64,000 bases of DNA from assembly GCA_038562375.1 (NCBI GenBank), contig JBCFAY010000016.1:5516-69515 (forward strand). The letters are read 5' to 3'. Below, piece after piece: positions 56,772 to 64,000 of the stretch. A program made the position numbers and the translations under genes. Position 1 is the stretch's first letter. Each line of letters begins with the position of its first letter. The notes beneath the pieces are model-generated. The model saw only the letters and a list, made by a program, of their open reading frames with translations, was not told where the DNA came from and did not search any database. This stretch comes from Bacillota bacterium (lineage in GTDB: Bacteria > Bacillota > Clostridia > Christensenellales > CAG-138).

Positions 56772-58994
56772 ATGGAAATCAGCGGCACGATAAAAACGAT
56801 CGTCTATCGCAGCGAAGCGAACGGGTTCACCGTTTTGGAGCTTGTGGATGCATCGGGAGATGAAATCACCGCCGTCGGCACCCTGCCTCTCGCCTGCGTC
56901 GGCGAAAGCGTCGAGCTCAGCGGGGAATGGACGGAGCACCGCGCCTATGGGATGCAGTTTAAGGCCGATTCCTATAAATCCCTTTCACCCGCCACGCTCG
57001 CCGCGCTCAAAAGCTATCTTGCGAGCGGCCTCATCAAGGGCGTCGGGGAAGCGACCGCGCAGAACATCGTCCGGGCCTTCGGACTCGAAACGCTCAGCGT
57101 GCTCGAGAACGAGCCGGAGCGTTTGACCGAGGTTATCGGCATCGGCAAGCTGCGCGCGGAAACCATCGCCGCGTCCTTCCTCTCGCAAAAACAGATGCGC
57201 GATACGGTGATAAAGCTTCAGGAGCTCGGCGTCAGCGCCCCGCACGCGGTGAAGCTGTATAAGCTTCTGGGCGAGTTTTCCCTTCCCCGCATTCAGGAGA
57301 ACCCCTATTCCCTTACCGAATACGTCGATTCAATCGGCTTTAAAACGGCGGACCGCATTGCGTTGAGCATGGGCATCGCCCAGGATTCCCCGTTCCGCGT
57401 GCAGGCGGGTCTCCGCTACGTGCTCTCCTTTGCGCATCGCGAGGGCCATACGTTTCTGCCGCGCGAGCGCCTGATCGCGATCGCGTGCGATGCGCTGAAC
57501 GCAGAGGTTCGCCCCGTGGAAACCGCGCTCGACGACATGATACTCGACCGTCGGCTGCTCTATCGCATGATCGCGGGCGTCGACGCGGTGTTTTTACCCT
57601 TTTCGTTCTTCCAGGAAAACACCTGCGCAAAAGCGCTGTATGAGTTGAGCGCCGCCGAGGCAAAGCTTCCGTTTCATGGGGAAGACGATATTGCCAAGCT
57701 CGAAAAGCAGCTCTGCCTGTCCCTCGCGCCGCAGCAGCTCGACGCGGTGCGCATGGCGCTCAGGAACCCGGTGTTCGTGATCACCGGCGGTCCCGGCACG
57801 GGCAAAACGACCATACTGCGCTTCGTCCACGAACTGCTGGCGAAGCAAGGTTTCGACGTGGAGCTGTGCGCGCCTACGGGGCGCGCGGCCAAGCATATGA
57901 GCGAGGCGACCGGGTGCGAAGCCAAGACCATCCACCGCCTGCTCGAGTACGGCTTCGAAGAGGAGACGTTCGGGCGCAACGCCGAGAACCCGCTGAAGGC
58001 GGATGCCGTCATCGTCGACGAGATGTCCATGGTCGACGTGCCGCTCCTAAGCGCGCTCCTTCGCGCACTCACGCCGCAGACGCGCCTCATCATGGTCGGA
58101 GACGCCGACCAGCTTCCGCCGGTCGGCCCGGGCAACACCTTAAGGGATATCATTGAATCGGGCATAATCCCCGTGATCCGTCTGACCGAAATCTTTCGTC
58201 AGGCGCAGGAGAGCCTGATCGTCACCAACGCCCACCGCATCAACGCGGGCAAGATGCCGGAGCTCGACGCGAAGGACGCGGATTTTCGCTTCGAACAGCT
58301 CGACGATGCGAACGCTCTCTTAGGCAGGCTCGTCTACCTTTGTTCCGGCCGCTCGGGCGCTTTGGGTACCGGGGATCCGTTCAAGGATGTGCAGGTGCTC
58401 GCGCCCATGAAAAAAGGGGCGCTCGGCGTTCACGCGCTCAACGCGCGGCTCCAGGCGGCGCTCAACCCGCCCGCGCGCCACAAAAAAGAGCGCCAATACG
58501 GCGAAGTTTGCTTTCGCGAGGGCGACAAGGTCATGCAGGTCAAAAACAACTACTCGATCCAGTGGTGCAAACGGGTTTCCGGCGGCGTCGAGGACGGCGT
58601 CGGCGTGTACAACGGCGATCTCGGCACCATACTCGCGATCGACCCGGACGAACAAAGCATCCATGTTCTCTTCGATGACGAGCGCGACGTCGAGTACGAT
58701 TTTACGCAGCTCGAGGAATTGAGCCTCGCGTACTGCATGTCCGTACATAAGAGCCAGGGCAGCGAATTTCCCGTCGTCCTGCTCGCGCTCGCGGGCGGAC
58801 CGCCGATGCTTCTAAACCGCAACCTTCTGTACACGGCGATCACGCGCGCGCGAAGCCGGGTCTATATCCTCGGCCGCCGCCAGAGCATTGCGCAGATGGT
58901 CAATAACGCGGAGACCAAAAAGCGTTACAGCGCGCTGAATCATCTGCTCAAGGAGGCTGCAAGCGCCCGATATCCGGGCGAGGAGACGCCATGA
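56772..58994 (+). CDS. recD2: ATP-dependent RecD-like DNA helicase
   Basis: IGFKTAD, GGPGTGKTT, APTGRAAK, DEMSMVD, GDADQL, HKSQGSEF, LYTAITR. Confidence 0.95.
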   Translation: MEISGTIKTIVYRSEANGFTVLELVDASGDEITAVGTLPLACVGESVELSGEWTEHRAYGMQFKADSYKSLSPATLAALKSYLASGLIKGVGEATAQNIVRAFGLETLSVLENEPERLTEVIGIGKLRAETIAASFLSQKQMRDTVIKLQELGVSAPHAVKLYKLLGEFSLPRIQENPYSLTEYVDSIGFKTADRIALSMGIAQDSPFRVQAGLRYVLSFAHREGHTFLPRERLIAIACDALNAEVRPVETALDDMILDRRLLYRMIAGVDAVFLPFSFFQENTCAKALYELSAAEAKLPFHGEDDIAKLEKQLCLSLAPQQLDAVRMALRNPVFVITGGPGTGKTTILRFVHELLAKQGFDVELCAPTGRAAKHMSEATGCEAKTIHRLLEYGFEEETFGRNAENPLKADAVIVDEMSMVDVPLLSALLRALTPQTRLIMVGDADQLPPVGPGNTLRDIIESGIIPVIRLTEIFRQAQESLIVTNAHRINAGKMPELDAKDADFRFEQLDDANALLGRLVYLCSGRSGALGTGDPFKDVQVLAPMKKGALGVHALNARLQAALNPPARHKKERQYGEVCFREGDKVMQVKNNYSIQWCKRVSGGVEDGVGVYNGDLGTILAIDPDEQSIHVLFDDERDVEYDFTQLEELSLAYCMSVHKSQGSEFPVVLLALAGGPPMLLNRNLLYTAITRARSRVYILGRRQSIAQMVNNAETKKRYSALNHLLKEAASARYPGEETP

Positions 58995-59635
58995 ACCGCT
59001 TGCTCGAGGGCGCTCTGAATACCTTCTTCCCCGAGCGCTTCAATTGTTTCATGTGCGATAAGGAAGCGTTTGTCGACGCGGGCGGCTTATGCCCATCCTG
59101 CGCGAAGAAGCTCTGTCGCTGTTCTTCGCCGGCCAACCTCGAGGGTCTCGACGGCATCGCCGCGCGCTGGCGCTTCGACGATCTCACCGCGCAGGCGGTG
59201 CACAGATTGAAATACTCAGGCGCAAAGTACCTGTGCCGCCCTTTCACTTCCGGTATAAAGCTCCCCGAAAACTGGGCGCCCGACGCGATCGTCCCCGTGC
59301 CGCTGCATAAGAAGCGTCAGCGCGCACGCGGGTATAACCAAAGCGCGCTGCTCGCGAAGGAGCTCGGCGCGCTCACAGGCATTCCCGTCAGGGAGGATCT
59401 TTTAAAACGCGTTACGGATTCCAAAAGTCAGACGCGGCTCACCCCCGCCGAGCGCGAAAAGAATATGCGCGGCGCGTTTGCAGCAAGCGCGGACGCGAGC
59501 GGGTTAACGCTTTTGTTGCTCGACGACGTGCTCACCACAGGCTGCACCGTCAAGGCCTGTGCGCGCGCGTTAAAATCGGCGGGCGCGCGAGGGGTCTACG
59601 CATATTGCATATTCATTCATCCGATTCTTATGTGA
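58991..59635 (+). CDS. comF: ComF family protein (Zn ribbon + PRTase domain)
   Basis: CxxC..CxxC, PVPLH..R..RGYNQ, DDVLTTG.T. Confidence 0.88.
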   Translation: MNRLLEGALNTFFPERFNCFMCDKEAFVDAGGLCPSCAKKLCRCSSPANLEGLDGIAARWRFDDLTAQAVHRLKYSGAKYLCRPFTSGIKLPENWAPDAIVPVPLHKKRQRARGYNQSALLAKELGALTGIPVREDLLKRVTDSKSQTRLTPAEREKNMRGAFAASADASGLTLLLLDDVLTTGCTVKACARALKSAGARGVYAYCIFIHPILM

Positions 59636-59651
59636 ATCCCTATGCGGATGC

Positions 59652-59906
59652 TTATGTAAGCGCTCCCTTGTATTTCCGGTACGTCGCCATCCCGCCGCGG
59701 ATATGCCGCTCCGCCTTATTGTGCTCGAGCACCTGGTGCACCTGCCGATAAAGCGATGAATTCATTCTGGGAAGGCGGTCGCTCATATCCTTGTGAACTG
59801 TAGACTTGCTGATCTTAAACACCTTCGCCGCCTCGCGAACCGTAGCGCCCTTATCGATAATGTATTGCGCCGTTTCAAGCACGCGCTCCTCAATGTAATC
59901 CTGCAA
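59652..59906 (-). CDS. spoIIID: Sporulation transcriptional regulator SpoIIID
   Basis: DYIEERV, TVR..AK.F..SKSTVHKD...RL, NKAERHIRGG.AT; TTG start. Confidence 0.97.
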   Translation of the reverse strand: MQDYIEERVLETAQYIIDKGATVREAAKVFKISKSTVHKDMSDRLPRMNSSLYRQVHQVLEHNKAERHIRGGMATYRKYKGALT

Positions 59907-59936
59907 ATCAATACCCCCCTCGAACAAGCTTTGTAC

Positions 59937-59966
59937 AGCTTATGTCGGGGAGGGCTGTGTTTATGC
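59937..59966 (-). promoter_or_regulatory. Putative SigE promoter of spoIIID
   Basis: GCATAAA-N15-CATAAGCT fits the SigE consensus; spoIIID is SigE-dependent in Bacillus subtilis. Confidence 0.65.
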
Positions 59967-60055
59967 TACCGCTATGAAGATGCCGCGGTCAGTCCCGCGT
60001 TGCTATCCGCAAGCGCGGCGAATATCTGAAAGGCCAATCGTCCCGCACGTTCCCG

Positions 60056-61135
60056 CTACTCCAGGAAATCCTTGAGCTTCTTGCTGCGGCTCGGATGACG
60101 GAGCTTCCTGAGCGCTTTCGCCTCGATCTGGCGGATGCGCTCGCGCGTGACGTTGAACTCCTTGCCGACTTCCTCGAGCGTACGAGCTTTGCCGTCGTCC
60201 AGGCCAAAGCGCAGCCTCAGCACCTTTTCCTCGCGCGCGGTCAGCGTGTCGAGCACGCCCATGAGCTGCTCCTTGAGCAGCGTGAACGCCGCGACCTCCG
60301 CGGGCGCGGGCGCGTCGTCGTCGGGGATAAAGTCGCCGAGGTGGCTGTCCTCCTCCTCGCCGATCGGCGTCTCGAGCGATACGGGCTCCTGCGCGATCTT
60401 GATGATCTCGCGCACTTTTTCTTCCGAAATGCCCATATCCTTCGCGATCTCGTCCGGGCGCGGCTCCCTGCCGTATTCCTGGAGCAGCTGGCGGTTCACG
60501 CGGATGAGCTTATTGATGGTCTCCACCATATGCACCGGGATGCGGATCGTACGGGCCTGATCCGCGATCGCGCGCGTGATCGCCTGGCGGATCCACCACG
60601 TCGCATACGTCGAGAACTTATAGCCCTTGCGGTAATCGAACTTTTCGACCGCCTTGATGAGGCCGAGATTCCCTTCCTGGATCAGATCCAAAAACAACAT
60701 TCCCCGGCCGACGTAACGCTTCGCGATGGAGACGACGAGCCTCAGGTTCGCCTCCGCGAGCTGCTGCTTGGCTTCCTGATCCCCTGCGGCCATACGCTGC
60801 GCGATCTCGATCTCCTCGTTGGCGGAAAGAAGCGGAACCTTGCCGATTTCCTTGAGATACATGCGCACCGGATCGTCGATATTGACGCCTTCGACCGCAA
60901 CGATCTCGCTTTCGATGGCGGCAATATCCTCGTTGATATCCTCGGGAATATCGATCTCCTCCACGACGTCGATGCTCAGCGCCTCGAGCTTATCGTAGAT
61001 GCGCTCGATCTGATCCGGATCAAGCTCCATTTCCTCCAAAGCGTCCATGATCTCCTTATAGGTCAGAACGCCGCGGTTCTTACCCTTTTCAAGAAGATCC
61101 TCAATTTTTTGCATGTGGGGATCCTTTATTTCCAA
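60056..61135 (-). CDS. rpoD: Primary RNA polymerase sigma factor RpoD/SigA
   Basis: [46 protein letters not shown]; TTG start with AAGGAGG RBS. Confidence 0.98.
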   Translation of the reverse strand: MEIKDPHMQKIEDLLEKGKNRGVLTYKEIMDALEEMELDPDQIERIYDKLEALSIDVVEEIDIPEDINEDIAAIESEIVAVEGVNIDDPVRMYLKEIGKVPLLSANEEIEIAQRMAAGDQEAKQQLAEANLRLVVSIAKRYVGRGMLFLDLIQEGNLGLIKAVEKFDYRKGYKFSTYATWWIRQAITRAIADQARTIRIPVHMVETINKLIRVNRQLLQEYGREPRPDEIAKDMGISEEKVREIIKIAQEPVSLETPIGEEEDSHLGDFIPDDDAPAPAEVAAFTLLKEQLMGVLDTLTAREEKVLRLRFGLDDGKARTLEEVGKEFNVTRERIRQIEAKALRKLRHPSRSKKLKDFLE

Positions 61136-61167
61136 GGTATGCCCCTCCTTCGATAAAAATGGTCCGT

Positions 61168-62958
61168 TTACTGCTCCTCCCGATCGGAAAGCTCCCGCAT
61201 ATTTGCCGTGAGCTTGGCGATCTCTGCCGCCAGCTCCAGCCTTCGATCGGCCGATATCTCCTCGCGCTCCGCCTCCCGGTTGAGCGCGCGTATTCTCTCT
61301 ACCAAATCCATACGCTCGATCGCCCGGATACAATCCAACGCGATCGTTTTTGTGTTCTCGCCCGACTCCCGCGCGACCAGCGCGCCGGCGATGAGCTCCG
61401 CGTCCTCGGCGCTTAGGGCGCTGAGGATCAACTGGAGGTTCGGCGACTTCGTCTGCGCATACGCGCACAAGAGTTCCGCGCTGAAGCGCTCAAACGCCGG
61501 TACGCTCCAAAAATCGCCCTCGATGCTCCGCATCGCTTCCATCGCCGCGTCATAGTTCCCGGCGATGCACCCGAGCAGCATCCTCTCGAACTGCTGCCTC
61601 CGGGGTCCGCCGTGCCCCGGTTTTTTTTCTCTAGTATTCCGAAATTTTACAGCTCTATTCTCTTCGCCCGGTTTTGCGCCCGCTCCCTGCCGCTTCAGCG
61701 CATTAACGGCGATCCCCGTCTTGCGCGCGACGAGTGTAAAATAGCGATCCTGCTCTACCGGCTGGAGCGTCGCGATCAGCGTGCACGCCTCCATGGCGTA
61801 GGCCTCGCGCCCATCCTCGCTCGCAAGATCATGGCGGGACGCCATATGCTCGAGCCGGAACGCCGGACCGGTCAAAGCGCTGTCCTTGAGCGATTCAAAA
61901 GCCTCTTTACCGAATTTCTTGACATAATCGTCGGGATCCATACCGTTTGGGATAACAATGACCCTTACAGACAAGCTCTGAGCCGCGATCACATCCAGCG
62001 CGCGCAGCGTCGCGTTCTGGCCTGCCGAGTCGCCGTCATAACACAGATATACCCTGGGGACATAACGCTTTAACAGTCGCGCCTGAGAGGCTGTAAGGGC
62101 CGTTCCGAGAGACGCGACCGCGTTGACGACCCCGGCCTGATGGAGGCTGATCACGTCCATGTACCCTTCGACGATGACGGCGTCGGAAAAGCGTTTCCCT
62201 TTAAACGTGTTCAGGGCGTAAAGGTTGTCCCTCTTATTGAATATAGGCGTATCGCCGGTGTTGAGGTACTTCGGCTGCTCGTCGCCCATCGCGCGCGCGC
62301 CGAAGCCCAGTACCTTCGCGTTCGTGCCGATGATCGGGAAAATCACCCTGTTCCTGTAGGCGTCGTAACAGGATTGATCCGCCCGCGTGCCCTTGATGGC
62401 AAGCCCGGCGTCGATAAGCTCCGACTCCCGGTAGCCCATTGCCGTAAGGTGCTTGCACAGGTTCTCCCAGCCGGGCTTTGCGTACCCGAGCCCAAACTTG
62501 CGGACGGTCGCGGCGCTGAGGCTCCTTTTCCCGAGATACGCGCGGGCGTCCTTGCCGTCCTCGCCCAGAAGCTGCTCATGGTAGTACTTCGCCGCCTCCT
62601 TGCAGGAAGCGTACAGCCGTTCCCGGCGCGCGCGCTCCTGGCGCACCCGCACGTCGTCGCTCTGCTCGGGCAGTTCCATCCCCGCGCGCTGCGCGAGGAG
62701 CTTTACCGCCTCGGCGAAAGGAAGCTTCTCCAGCTCCATCACGAAATGGATAACGTTGCCGCCCGCATGGCATCCGAAGCAATAGTAGAGCTGCTTGTCC
62801 GCCGTTACGGAAAAGGACGCCGTTTTCTCCCCATGGAACGGACAGAGGCCCCAAAGCCGCTGACCTTTCGGAACAAGCTTCGTATACTCTGAAACCACGG
62901 AGACGATATCCGACCGGGTCAGAAGTTCGTTCATCCATGCATCGGGGAACATCGGCAT
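61168..62958 (-). CDS. dnaG: DNA primase
   Basis: CPFH.EKT.SF..CFGC, FGAR, KYLN, EGYMD, YDGD.AG, DPD. Confidence 0.98.
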   Translation of the reverse strand: MPMFPDAWMNELLTRSDIVSVVSEYTKLVPKGQRLWGLCPFHGEKTASFSVTADKQLYYCFGCHAGGNVIHFVMELEKLPFAEAVKLLAQRAGMELPEQSDDVRVRQERARRERLYASCKEAAKYYHEQLLGEDGKDARAYLGKRSLSAATVRKFGLGYAKPGWENLCKHLTAMGYRESELIDAGLAIKGTRADQSCYDAYRNRVIFPIIGTNAKVLGFGARAMGDEQPKYLNTGDTPIFNKRDNLYALNTFKGKRFSDAVIVEGYMDVISLHQAGVVNAVASLGTALTASQARLLKRYVPRVYLCYDGDSAGQNATLRALDVIAAQSLSVRVIVIPNGMDPDDYVKKFGKEAFESLKDSALTGPAFRLEHMASRHDLASEDGREAYAMEACTLIATLQPVEQDRYFTLVARKTGIAVNALKRQGAGAKPGEENRAVKFRNTREKKPGHGGPRRQQFERMLLGCIAGNYDAAMEAMRSIEGDFWSVPAFERFSAELLCAYAQTKSPNLQLILSALSAEDAELIAGALVARESGENTKTIALDCIRAIERMDLVERIRALNREAEREEISADRRLELAAEIAKLTANMRELSDREEQ

Positions 62959-63028
62959 GTGATACGACTCCTTTCCGCTTGCTTAACATTCGCCAGCCGT
63001 ACGAAATATCCTGCTTGTTCGATCAATT

Positions 63029-64000
63029 TTATGACCATTCCTTGGGCACGAACAGGTTCTGATAATCCGTGATCGCGTAGCGGTCGGTCATGCAGGCGAT
63101 ATAGTCCGCCGCGACGCGTTCGGCGCCGTCGGATTGAATGTTTTTATAGAACTCCTCCGGCAAAAGGTCGAGATGTTCAAGGTAATAACGGTACAGCGTG
63201 CGTATGACATGCGTCGCTTTCTGCTCCTCCCGCTTCGCCTCGGGATTGAGATAGACGTTCCGGAACATGAATTTCCGGAGCTCCTCGAACGCCTCGCCGA
63301 TGCGCTCGCTCATGCGGATCGTCCGGCTGTCGGCGCTCGTCACGATCACGTCCAGTATCAAAGTATTGATGCGTTCGCCGTGCGTAGCGCCAAGCTCCCC
63401 GATACAGGAACGAGGCAACTCCGCGGCATCGAGCACGCCCGCGCGCACCGCGTCGTCGATGTCGTGATTCAGGTATGCGATCCGGTCGGATATACTGACG
63501 ACCTGCCCCTCCACGGTACAGGGCAAACCGTTCTTTTTGTGGTTGAGTATCCCGTCGCGCACCTCGAAGGTGAGGTTCAGCCCCTTGCCGTTCTCGAGCT
63601 TCTCCACGACGCGAAGGCTCTGGACGTTGTGTTCAAATCCGCCCGGAACCAGCAGGTTCAGCGTTTCCTCGCCCGTGTGACCGAAAGGCGTGTGCCCAAG
63701 GTCGTGCCCGAGCGATATCGCCTCCACGAGATCCTCGTTGAGCCGAAGCCCGCGCGCGATCGAGCGCGCGATCTGGCTGACCTCGAGCGTATGGGTCAGC
63801 CGCGTGCGGTAATGATCCCCCGCAGGCGAAAGGAATACCTGCGTTTTATGCTTGAGCCGCCGGAAGGATTTGCAGTGGATGATGCGGTCGCGATCGCGCA
63901 CAAACTCGGTGCGCAACGGGCAGGGCGCAATGGAATATTCCCTCCCGCGCGTCTCGCTCGAAAGCATGGCGTATGGCGAGAGAAGCTTGCGCTCCAATTC
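63029..64000 (-). CDS. dgt: Deoxyguanosinetriphosphate triphosphohydrolase-like protein (true start probably just outside the window)
   Basis: RDRDRI.H..SFRRL..KTQVF, RTRLTH, HDLGH.PFGH.GE, D.IAY..HD..D. Confidence 0.93.
   Translation of the reverse strand, partial: ELERKLLSPYAMLSSETRGREYSIAPCPLRTEFVRDRDRIIHCKSFRRLKHKTQVFLSPAGDHYRTRLTHTLEVSQIARSIARGLRLNEDLVEAISLGHDLGHTPFGHTGEETLNLLVPGGFEHNVQSLRVVEKLENGKGLNLTFEVRDGILNHKKNGLPCTVEGQVVSISDRIAYLNHDIDDAVRAGVLDAAELPRSCIGELGATHGERINTLILDVIVTSADSRTIRMSERIGEAFEELRKFMFRNVYLNPEAKREEQKATHVIRTLYRYYLEHLDLLPEEFYKNIQSDGAERVAADYIACMTDRYAITDYQNLFVPKEWS

Noticed and set aside
60056-61468. 470 aa RpoD with an N-terminal extension overlapping dnaG
   Set aside because: A strong AAGGAGG precedes TTG 61135; the extension is an out-of-frame read of the dnaG 3' end.
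63029-64000. dGTPase as an anti-phage defence system
   Set aside because: It lies in the conserved dgt-dnaG-rpoD housekeeping context, not in a defence island.

Overview
A 64 kb stretch of core chromosome from a GC-rich, spore-forming, anaerobic Firmicute (Clostridia-like; inferred from spoIIAA-spoIIAB-sigF, spoIIID, gerM, coat genes, an [FeFe] hydrogenase, a 2-oxoacid:ferredoxin oxidoreductase operon and CIRCE-controlled groESL). About 60 CDS, mostly housekeeping (birA, recX, groESL, glycyl-tRNA ligase, rdgB, cdaA/cdaR, mreBCD-PBP, maf, mscL, tmk, hflX, rqcH, ssb, recD2, comF, dnaG, rpoD, dGTPase). I saw no rRNA, tRNA, CRISPR array, prophage or transposase. The most unusual signal is non-coding: three diverged copies (about 6.7, 11.8 and 44.4 kb) of a ~200-260 bp three-hairpin element whose stems are kept by compensatory substitutions. 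Two copies sit between exact 21-22 bp duplications of a terminator-like hairpin, which suggests a terminator-targeting non-autonomous element or a structured RNA. A second modular palindromic repeat family (about 12.3, 34.7 and 47.1 kb) has tRNA T-arm-like ends. Other points of interest: a 22% Cys repeat protein, a Spo0E-like/PAS-PP2C pair upstream of cdaAR, a DUF2089 envelope-stress-like operon, a C-terminally truncated GlmU paralog, an apparently leaderless maf, a divergent mreB uncoupled from mreC, and several candidate operators. Family assignments come from motif recognition by eye, not database searches; start codons were adjusted by hand using RBS position.
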